Shown here: positions 48,201 through 60,200 of the stretch, piece after piece | Layout of the letters: every line of letters begins with the position of its first letter | How positions within the stretch are numbered: position 1 is the first letter of the stretch | Origin: Ascidiella aspersa | Lineage: Eukaryota | Reading direction: 5' to 3' | NCBI GenBank assembly: GCA_963924565.1 | Contig: OZ004608.1 | Coordinates: forward strand, 29,326,001-29,390,000 | DNA: 64,000 bases | Made by a program: the position numbers and the translations under genes | The notes under the pieces: generated by a model | The model's database searches: none | Seen by the model: the letters and a program-made list of their open reading frames with translations, nothing else | What the model was told of the DNA's origin: nothing

Positions 48201-51200
48201 AAAAATCAAAAATAAACTTAAAAACAGTCGAATGTCTCCATAGCGAGCGAATTCCACTTTACATCGTGATTATTAGGAAAATCATTGAGAGTAATCATAT
48301 CGACCAAGGAAATCGTCAAAACTTTCTGTCGAAATCTAAGTTTAGTGCATTTACAGTATCTAATATCTAAAATCAAATTATGGCTGCACTAAACAAGTTT
48401 TTCGTTTCTTACCTTCAGAGCCACGGTTTAGCTGACATTTTTATCCATTTAAAGACTTAAACTACGCGACCCTATTCCCTATGGAGAAGCCTTGGCTTGT
48501 TCTGCGTCTGCGTTGGTATGAAGGATTATCCCAGAGCAAAATTTTTGTGTTTTAGTGATTAACGCTATATTGAATTTTGCCCCGTTCGTGTCCGTACTGA
48601 CAAACGACTACACGAAAAATATTTTTCAGTTCATCGAAAATCGATTGCATCAATTAGTTTTGTCATGTGGTTCTGTTTTGCCGAACGAGGCCTAATGATG
48701 TTACCTTTTCATGATTATTTCAAGTTTTAGCTAGAAATAGCCAATTTTAACAGTGTATTCAAATTGTTTTACTGGACATTGGGCAGTGTACAATTTGTTA
48801 GTCTAAATTGCTTTATTTTCCGTGGGTACTGGTGCAATTTTTTAGGTCGCTGTTGAAAATCAACGGGTCAGCGAACATTAAAACAACATGTTAGGTGGGC
48901 AAAAGAACGTACAGCTTACTAGCATGTATGCAATGGTTACTTTTAATTTTTTAACACCCGACACTTAAGGTATTTTATTTATAAGTTCCTTCATTAGTTA
49001 TCACATGGGGTACAGGATTGACGTTCAAAACCTGTGGATAATTAACATTTTTTCCTGTGTACTTTTTGAAAAAAAAATGCGCGCAAAAATTTTGCACAAT
49101 TTGATAACACCCCGTTCACGGTCGACTGACCTGCACTCGAGAGCGACGTTGATGAGTGCGCACAGCTGATGCGTGATGACGAAATCGAGCGACACGCGAC
49201 ATGCAGTCAGGATGGTGGTGAAGCGCTGCAGAGTCCTGCGACACGCGACAAGTTAAGTTGAAATTAGGTGTATTTTTGAGGTTAGCTTTTGCTATAAATA
49301 GGCCTAGGTTAAAGTAGAACAACTAAAAAATTGTTAGGTTAAAAATGGAATAGCTATAAAATAAGTATTTTTTAAGTAAGCTTTTTTTAGGTTTCTTCTA
49401 AAAGTATGAGCAAGTAAACTTTTGCTGCAAACAGCCATAAACTGGTTAAAGTGGAATAACTAAAAAGTAAATACACAATAAATTTAAAAATATTCTAATT
49501 ATAGTTTATAAATAGTGTTATCGTGAAGTTTATGTGCAATAACACACCAATATTGGCGTGTTTTATGTATACAACTTCACTATAATGATGCAAATCCGTT
49601 GCGACTCATGGACTAACTTTTTGATTTGAAATAACTAGTGCTCTTCAACCGGGGTGCACCAAAATATGCATGGGGTGCACCAGTACTAAAAGGTACACAA
49701 GGGTACATCACAAACTTTTAAAGAACCATTAATATGGCATTGAATGCTACTTTATGACATGCAATAGTACTCGCAAGCAGCCTGCAACCACAATCGAACT
49801 CTCACCGATAGTGTGTAAAACTTCAGCAGCTCCACTCGGTTTAATTGACATGATGATATTGATATGCATAATTTATTTTCATATCGCTTTTTACCTCAGT
49901 TTACCTTTTAAGTAAACAGGGTTCATGAGTTCGCCACAACACAAAGGGTATTACGAAACCAAAAAAGATTGAAGAGCACTGCATTAGATTACTTAGCAAG
50001 CTCGGGTTACTCAATTAAATCAGTAAAATTGTCCCCAGCGGTACAAAGGCTTCAAACCTACCTGGTGACGACACTCTGTATCATGTCGGACGCCATAAGC
50101 TTGAGCCTGTGCTCGATGTGGCAAGCGAACACGTCATCTGGCCAGTGAAGCTCAAGCACGAAAGCCTGGAGCGCCTCAAGTTTCCAGAGTACGTCGTTCG
50201 CAACGTTGATCGGGTTCGTTCTGCGCAAAGGGGAGTTTCGATATCATAACGCCGGTCAATTCGCCCGTAAAGTAAGATATGCTATAATTTAACTCTACAA
50301 TTTTAGAAGGTTTAATGATGTTAATGGTAAGTTAATATACAAGCAAAAACGGTTTCCATTTTTAAGCACGGCGATAAAAAAGGTTGTAGTAAGAGGCAAA
50401 GAGCAAACGTAAAAGTAAAATATATATTTTTAAATGAATTTTCGAAGATTTAATATGTAGTTGTTTTTTCAAAGTTACTAATAGGTTATTCCAAAGATTT
50501 AAATAGTATTATCGACGACATACGACATCCGGGGAGTTGCAGTATCATAGTAGAAAACGTCGGTTAATTCGCTGGTAAAGTAAGTTAAGCGGAAAATAGT
50601 TTCAACTTCCTAATTTTATAGCGTTAGGTGACGCGCGACGGTAAGTTACTTTGAAAGTAAAACCATATTCAATTTCGAAGCATGGCGATGAAAAAGGTTG
50701 CAGTACGAGCACAGAAGAAAAATTTAACTTGAAAAATTTCTTTGAAAAAACATTTAATTTAAATAAAAATATATAATACATATTCGTTATTTTCAATTTA
50801 ATACATGTTGAACAATTTGAATTTTTCCGAAAATTTAGAATTTTTGGAATTAGAGGCACAAAGGAATTTAAAAATGTAAAATTCAAATATCTATTTTTAA
50901 AACAATTTCCTAGGATTCAATATATAAATTGGATTTTTTTCCAGAGTTACCAATAGGTTATTTCCAAGAGTTGAATAGTGTTACCGACGACATGAAAACG
51001 ATTTATAAAAATGAATAAAATATAAAAAAACTAATCAACTCTGCGCGTTTAGCCGAAATCAAAAAAAAAATCTGTCAAAAGAAATCAACATATTTCACAA
51101 AAATAAAAACTTTAAAAACGGCTTTTACGTATTCCAAAGATTTAAATAGTGTTTTTGGCGACATAAAACCGATATATAACAAAAACAATTGAACAAACGT

Positions 51201-54200
51201 ACAACGCCCTAAACAGTCAACTTATTTACAAAAACAAAAAATCTAAAAAACGCCCATACGTGCTTGCGTCCCATGCCTCCTTGCCGAATCCGCGGTGAAT
51301 GGATTGCGCGATCGAGGATTCCATTAAGTCGACGTAGCGGATCACCAGCGGAGCGAAAGTGTCGCGCAGGTGAGAGTGGAACTTGCCCAGCTTAAGGTTG
51401 GCTGCGGGAAATCGGAGGAAAAACATTAGTTAGATGACGTGGAATTGACGGGCGTCGTGGGTAAATCATTTAGAGCGGCTATTAATAAAACCAGTGCATT
51501 CCAAGTCAATTTCTATAAGTGCAAAATTTCGCTACATTTATGTTAATAGTTTTTTTTTATATTTTGTACAGTTTTCAGCAGAATAATATATTAACAAAAA
51601 CAATGACATAACACTTACTAGCAGGAACATTAATAAATAAGCGTCTTATTGTTTACTAAAAGCCTTGCTCTTTAAAACTCCCCTTAGAATGTTAAAAAAC
51701 ACCAATACATAAAAAAAGCAATTGGCCGACCAAGTGAACCCCAAGGGTTGCTGATCGCAGGTTTAGAACCAATTTTCTTGAGCGACGAGCACTCACAGTT
51801 AGGATTATGGATGTCAGATGAACAGGATAAGTGCCGACCCTAATACCAAATGTATTTGTGCATTTCAACCATGGGTTGCAATCTAATGCAGCGTTTGTTT
51901 TCTTACCTGAAAGGCTTCATTGTATAATAAATATTTCGCACGTTTCGCACAAGCTATCGTGTATAGGTTATCAAATAAACTTACACTGACATTTAGTAAA
52001 ATACTTATCTCTATGATTCCACGTAGAGATACGCGCTTCTATATAGTAATGAAATAAAATCCAAAGCATCGAATACTCCTGTACTCACGGTCGTTGAGGA
52101 GGTAGTCGTTAAGCAGCTGGAAGACCGGAAAGCTGTTCCAAGTGTCGGGAGCCTGCCGTTCCAACACCGAGTCCATGTCGACCGCGAAGAGCGACCAGAA
52201 AATCTCCGAGTGCTCGTTCATAAGGTCGCTGAACCACGCGAACGCCTGCCGCGATTTTTCGAAATTTTTATTAAGCTGCGAAATTGGCGTTTTTCGTTCG
52301 AATGCCACCATTAGGCAAAGTGCGAATGGATCCAGGTTTACGAAAAACATATTAAAAAAAAGCAGACTGATTTCGGTTGCCCAAGTCGCGGGTAGAATAT
52401 ATACAGGGTTGTTAGCACACGCTTTTATGTAAACAGTTCAAAGACAGTTAAAGGCTTAAAAAATAAAATTTGTCGCTTTACATCGATCTAAAAGTGGACT
52501 TTTCATAAACCTAAAATTGGACTTTTCAAAATCCTGAAATTGGACTTTTCAAAAATCTGAAATTGGACTTTTCATAAACCGAAAATTGGACTTTTTAAAA
52601 ACCTGAAATTGGACTTTTCATAAACCTAAACTTTTCATAAACCTGCTCACCAAAGGTCAAGTTACGCGAAGGAGCTTAACTTCTAAAAACCGCTATGTTT
52701 ATGTGGGCAGGCTCGCAAAGCGGCCACGAAAAATCGTTCGGTGTAAACCAGGGGTTCCCAACCTGTGGGCCACAAGCCTTTTTCAAGGGGGCCATGAAAA
52801 AACTGTATGATACTGTACAAACCATTTTTTAAATTAAAATTACGTTTCTTTATTTTTTTAAAAGGTTGAAAAAATAAGGGGGCCATTGATTTCTCAAAAT
52901 TTTTAAAGGGGGCCACGGTGTAAAAAAGGTTGGGAACCCCTGGTGTAAACAATAGCTCACTGTTGTAACCTATAGCTGCTTTGTCACCAGGATCTATTAT
53001 TGATAGCGACGATTGGCGCCATATAATCAAATAACGATGGTCAAATTCACATTCAAGGGCGTCTCTGAGGGGCTGTCGTGTTGTAAAAACGAGATTAGTC
53101 TCGCTACGTTGTCTGCGGCTTGTCGTCATTTCCCAGTTGCGCTATGGTTTTGAACACAAAATGCAACATAATCGATGGCCTGTTGTTGAATTTGTTCAAT
53201 AACGCTGGCGACAATATCGATAAAAGAGCAACTGGTCGTTTTGCATTATATATGAATCGCCTATTTTGCAGTCCTTGGTCGCAAGATGTTGAGTGATTCG
53301 CGGGAGTTTTAAGTCCCTAGATTACCCCAACGTTTGCAGATAATCGCCGACTAGTTAATGCAGTGGTTGTCCCACTTTTCTCTTGCGACGCTTTTGAAAA
53401 TATTTTGCTGTACTTGGGACGCACCAAGCGATAGGAATTTTACTAATTTTTGATCTTTTTCATTTGTTCGTACCACAAAATCATTATCATTAGTTGCAGT
53501 TTGTTTCCTAATAATGGTTGTAAATCACATGCCAGAGGATAATAATAATAGCAAGCATTTTATTACTAAAACTTACTATGGCATCATTGACTGCCCTTTT
53601 TAGAGTTTTAGTGTCTTACTCCTGCCTCTAAAATTGACGTATGACCAATACTCGATTAATAAATAAATAACAGTACAATGGCCCGACAAGTTGCATACAG
53701 ATGAACAAAATAGTAAAGAGTTAAGAGACGGGGTTTTAGTTCCTTTAAATCAGCATTTTAAGATAGGAGATCATCCTAAATCATTTTTAAAAATACATTC
53801 TAAAATATAGTTAAATTTCCCTTTGGAGATAAGTAATTACATTGGTTAGCAAAAGTTGCTTCAATCGTTAAATAGCCCTGGGACGAACCAATCGTAAAAC
53901 AAACATGTGCAATATTGCGTATCAATTATATACAATTATTTGACGGCTCTTATCGGGATTGCTTTGTGTAATTTGCGTTTTAGGTGAACGGTATTTAAAA
54001 TCCTTTCTTTGCAAAAATCTAGTCTTTCTAATTTGCTAACGAATTGTCAACAACACAAACTGTTTTACGCATCCATAATGCTTGGTGTGGTATTTGAAAC
54101 GTGCAAATGCGTGCTTCAATTAGCGTACTACGCATTGTACAGCAATAGCCTTTGTGGGATACGAGCAATGGAAAAAAAGGTGTTGTCGCTATCATTTTAG

Positions 54201-57200
54201 GGTATAAATAAATTGCAAAACAGCACTTTTGCAGGGTTATGTGTTTAAAACAGTGGTTCTCAACCGGGGTGCCGCGGCACTCCAGGGTGCCATTTTTATC
54301 ATTCGGATTCCAATTTTTGCAGCTTTTTGAAACTTTTTTTTGTGTATGATAAAAGTGCCAAAATTTAAAAACGGTTTTTTAACCTTGTTACACAGGTAAT
54401 GTGCTGCTTCAATCTCGTTTATTTAAACGTTACAATTAACCACTCAGCAAAAATACGAGCAAGGGTGCCGCTACTATTTATAATTTTTGTAGGGTGCGGC
54501 AATCCAAAAAATGTTGCGAAACACTGGTTTAAAGAATCTTCGTCAAATATAGTCCTAATGTACCCGCAATTATCACCACACCAAAAAAATGGCAATTTAA
54601 TTTTAAAACCAACACCAACGTTTACAAGGTTGCACAGTACCCCCACACAACCGCTCTTGGCAAAAACATTAACAATGTAGAAGAGGCACGGCCAAACAGA
54701 CAGGCCTCGCTGTAATTCACATTAGGGCTTAACGAAAGAAAATTTTACACACGACGTAACGATTACGAAAGCATGCAGAAATATCACCCACACTCGTCTT
54801 ACCTCCTTGCCCTGGACGCCCGACAAAGCAAGCAAAAAAGCAAACGGTTAAATGATAAATTAGTGTGTGAAGCCCATTAATCAAAACCTAATCCACATAA
54901 GTCCAGAAAAAATACTTACATAACATACAGAATTTCGATGTTTATTTTTATACCTTTAGGTATGTCCGATACTAGGTATTTTATTCTGATAGTTATAACC
55001 GACATTTTTCGACAAAGTATCGCCGATCTTATCCGTGGCCAATGACGTCATTACTATGGCGAAATAAGCAAAATTAGTCAAATTTTAACGTGCAAATGTG
55101 ATGTGCTGTTTGGCTGACAACAAACTGCTTTAGATGTGCGAAACATAAAGTTGCTTAAATTTGGCTTCGGGTATCGGCTCCGAACAACTATAGTTGGATA
55201 ACCGTTGAAGAGCTACAGCGCACAGCAACTGTAAACTTTCTCGTTTGTTAAAAAAAACACTTAAGCCGCATTTATTAATTAAACGTCAAGGTGTTAAAAA
55301 AGAGAAAAACACGTATTTACTTCGGGTTCTCACGAGAAACCTTGACTCAACCAATTTGGTAGACATTATATAAAAAGTATGCTCGATGCCAGCACGTACC
55401 TCGTAATGGTGTTCGTCGTTTTGTTGAAGCACGTCGATGCAAAGTTCGGCCAGGTGAGTGGTCAACTCGAGTTGTTTGTTGGCCTCTTGATCTAAACTCT
55501 CTGTTGATAATCCACAAACATTCCGGGGTTAAATAACACGATTTGGCGACGTTTTTTGAAACGGTTTACAAAAAAATCGTTTTGTTGCCAATGTTATGGC
55601 TCAAACCGTTATCCCGGTTGAGTGTCTTGTTTGTGATAAACATTCAACTTGGCAAATAAAATGCTTTATTTTTAATGCAATTTCATTTCTGTAAACAAGC
55701 CACGAAACATAAATTTCTTTTCTTTGAGAATGGTGTTTTACAATTATCGGGGAAGGTTTAAATTACGTAGAAAAACACAAATCCGGTCTTTAAAAATATT
55801 TCGACGTTTCAAATAAATACGTTTACCGCTGACAAACAGAAAATACACATGTGTTGGTAGGATAGCAAACACCCGTGATACAGCACGCAATTACAATCTT
55901 TAGGCACTCACGAGCAAATATGAAAAAGGGGACTTTTTCACCTAATCATGCAAATAATTGTGATTCACTGCAAATGGTACTGTTTTAATAGTTGGGTCGT
56001 CAACTGTCCGTGAAAAACATAACATGCAATCATTACAGTGGTTTAGAATTACTACGTTTAATATATCGTAGAGACAGAACTATATATGAATATATTATGC
56101 AGTCCGAGTAATACAAAACATCGTAGAATAGCTGTAATTTACATTACCTAATATTTATAATGTCCCTGATCCAAAATACAAGTTTGTCAGCGTTCGTTTC
56201 GTACAAGCGGAATTAAGTCGAATAAAATTGGCAACCGACCACAACTACAGGTGAAAACAAATTTATCACTATCTTTGACCAAGTTTTAATTCTTTGCATT
56301 TAATAAATTTAGTGTTTGGAAAATTTCGTAAAAATAAAATTGGACTTTCGTAAAAAAAAAATGTTGGACTTTTTAACTTAGTAACTAGAAAATTACATTA
56401 AATCTTAACAATTGAAAATGACACAGAAAGACGACTCTAAAAAATAGTGTTTTAATATACCCAACTATAACATTGTGTCGGCAAGTCCACAATGGGACAG
56501 TTTCATCCAAAAGGACACAACAACAAGAAAACAAACAATCAAACAACCGAATAAAATCATGCAGCATCATACTACACAACTACACACAAAAACACCTACA
56601 GACAGACAGTCTAATTACTGTTTATTTGCGGGGGCACGGCTTTTACGATTGATGAAACGGACTTGGTTAAACCTTACAAGAAAAGATAAACATTACCGAC
56701 GAAATATCTTAAATAGTTGTACAGTACAAAAAGGTTAAGGATATTTTTAAAAGGTAAAGCTTGGTTTAAACCATGGATGTCCAACATTTTATTACAGTGG
56801 GCCGCATTAACACTTGAAATAATTTAATGGGCCGCAGAACCTATTAAGTTTCAAGATTAAGTATTGCTCTTTAGAGTTATAACGGGCCTTTTTAGAGTTA
56901 TATATATATTTTTTACCCATACTATACTATTAGTGCGCACCTAAAAGCTGACTGGTACATTTTAATTAGGCTAATATTGAACGTTTAAAATACTACTTGG
57001 GAGTGAAAATGACTATAGCGGACCGCACAAAAATTTCAGACGGGCCGCAGGTTGGACATCCCTGGTTTAAACTATATTTAATGTTTTCATTGCTTTTACT
57101 ATGCGTTAGATTGACAGATTAACAAAACGACACAGAGCAATTTTGTTTTGGCATTGTCCAAAGAAGTTTAACTCGGCATGAGCAAAGCAAAATGACATTA

Positions 57201-60200
57201 CAATACCAAGATTTATTTTGAGAAGTGAACCAGAGGTTTTGGGTGAAAAGGGTGAATAAGTATTTGAAAGTACGAGACAACTTTTTGAGATTATTCCTTT
57301 TTAAGAATTTTAGGTTATCCAGTTTATTACATTGTATTAATAAAACGGGTGCCTTCGAGAAGGCTTACTTAATAGGTTGGATTTCAATGGTCGCAAATCG
57401 AGGATAAAAATAGGCTGTGAGAAATTTTGCACTCACGAATACCCTAAATATATTACTGGCCGACCAATTTTTGCAAGCCTTTCCCAAAGCACATGGTCTT
57501 TTATTAGGATTTGTGAGTCGGCACACAAAATTTTATAACTGTGTTAGTTATAAAATCAAGAGGGCGGAATTATGCAGTTGCAAGGAGTATGACACTGGTG
57601 GCAGAGCGTTTACCACGTCCAACAAAGGTTAGCGATATGCCCGTTTACCAACCCAAGCGACATCTTTACAATATTTAAACGTATGTAAGTTCAGAAAGCA
57701 ACAACTCGCAGCTTGGACAGCTTACCGTCTACTTTGGCGTACTCCGACACCCTGGTGTAGTTGACCAGTGCCGCGTCTTCAAGGCATTTCTTAATAATGC
57801 TGCGTACCTCTTCGGCGGGAACGGGCGTCACGATGTCCTTCATCATTACCTGTGGGTTGCCAAGGAAGGAAGCTTTACTTTTGATGTTGATAGTCATAAC
57901 ATTTTATAAATACAGCTTTTATTTGGGCAGATTACAGCAAAGTACCACCTACACCTTTGGGGGCACATGGCCAAGTTTTAAGGCAGTGGTTCTCAAAGTA
58001 TGGGTCGCGACCCAAACATGGGTCGCTCTATAGTGATTCAATCCTGCGCAAACGAACTTTTCATAACTATTTTCAAGTATTTTCAATTCAATTCACGTGG
58101 CTTCAAATCTGTAACCTGGATCATTGGATATCATAAGAGGTTTTATGAACGTTTTGAAGGCAGCCGCAGCTACAGTATAGCCATAACCAACTACACTAGC
58201 TGTTAAGACTGGTGTAAGCTTTAGTCACCAAACAAGCCACGGTGATATTATAAAGGAAAAAAATCAGTTTCACTAATCACACTAAAATATATCAATCATT
58301 TGTTTGTAATCAATCATTCTTTCTTAGAACTGTGTAGGCTACTATATCTGGTTGTCGTGTCTTTTTTTATTTCATGCATGTCAGAAAAAATAGATTTTTT
58401 TATGTTTAAGCTTGGGTCGTGAGATGCTCATAAAACTCAGATTTGGGTCGCGCTCAAAAAAGTTTGAGAACCACTGTTTTAACAGGTCCCTTAAGATCTA
58501 AACGAAGTCTTAGTCTTAGTGTATAATTTAAAAAATAAAACAACATCCACAAAAATCTTAAATTGAAAAAAAACAACAACATTGGATCTTTCAACTAGAA
58601 TACATTTAAACTACATTTTAGTTTTACATTTGTTGAGCCGAAAACAGTTTTCTCAATCCACTTGTTTAATGACTTCAATTTACGGCGTGATCTTTCATGC
58701 CGACAATGGTTCACGCGAATCAAAGTTTTTTAGGGGATCGCGTTAAAAAAGTTATAAAACCTCTGGTTTAAAATATATTGTGAATCACTTTCGTATAACA
58801 AGTTTAGTTTTAAAATAATTCCCAGTTTTATTGCAAATAACACTTGTTATAACAACCGTTTTTAGAATGCAAGGCAGAGTTCCGTCTTTTCTAGTTTCAA
58901 CTTTTTAAACTTAATGAAACAAAAAAGACTTTCAGAATTAAAAAAAATGCATAAAAAGTACCTACATTTTTTTTAAGACTACAAGAAGCGCCCAATATGC
59001 CATCAAAAAAAACAAAAAATCAAAGAGAAGATACAGTGTTGTAATGACTTGAGTCAATGAGGGATGACTTGACTTAAGTATTTTCATCAAAATGATTTGA
59101 CTTAAACTAAGTCATTGTGTCAAATAACTTGGGTTTAAAGTGTTTTTTTTTTTAATATTTTTCAAGAAAATTTGCTCGTTTATCAAATTTTTGCACTTAA
59201 ATCAACTTGCTGGCTGTATATTACGGTTTTGTTATTTTTAGCTTAGATATTTCTAGTATTTGGACGAGTTTGCTAATCTCAATAGACAAACGTATTATTT
59301 TTTATGTCAATGAACGACTTAAAGTTGACTTGCACTTATAATGACTTGGCTGGGACTGGACTTGCTAACTTTTGAAAAAGACTTGACTTGGACTCGAGTT
59401 ATTTTTTGAATGACTTGAGTCACCTGACTAAGACATAAGTTATTTCGACAAGACTTGCTGACAACGCTGGAAGATACTGACCCGTTCCAGCAGGGAGAGT
59501 GTTGCCTTCAAAGCTCCCTGTGGCCGGCCGAAAGGGAAGCAGTAGCGGAAGTGTGTGATCTGATGCATGAGATGCCTCCTCAGCAACTCTTGTATCTCGT
59601 CGAAGCGGTTCTTCTCGTCTTGCGTCACCGTTCCAATCCCGTCAGGCCTGAGAAAAAAATCAGAATTTCGATTGGTAACCTCTTTATTTTCTTTTATTGT
59701 GCTCATAGTATAGTTGCTAAACTTTTCAGCTGACAGTAAGTAATAAAAACTGCATAAAAAATACACGCTTTTTACAAAACAAAGTTAAAATTTAAAAGAG
59801 GGGTGGGCAAGTTACGGCCCGCCAACGCAAATCATCCAGCCCGCGACCTATTTCACAAACAGGGCACTAGGCCATTCCTCATTTATTTTAGGCTAGTTCA
59901 ACTATTCGAAATAGCAAGCATGTTTTGCATTTTGCGTTAATACTGTTCCTCCATCGAGTTGAAATTGCAAAATACCCTAGTTTTATCCCTTAATTAACTG
60001 TCGTTGCGGTTATAATAGGATGCGTAAATACACAGTTAACATTTAACGGCCGACAGAGACCTTTCTGTTTTGGTTAAAAAAGTTGCCCACCCTGATTTAA
60101 AACATGGATGCATGCATAACTATTTGTAATGCGAATACGTTTATTTTTTCACACACACTGATCTCTTTTGTTTACAAACCACTTTAGTGGAGCCATACAG

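Noticed and set aside
51797-51908. TTTCAG|GTAAGA recursive-splice-like site and a 110-nt exon candidate in CADPS
   Set aside because: The host intron is only about 0.7 kb and the candidate exon is not frame-preserving. It could be a poison exon, but nothing supports that.
57437-57443. 7-nt AG|GGTATTC|GTGAGT microexon candidate in CADPS
   Set aside because: It would shift the frame and has a poor pyrimidine tract.
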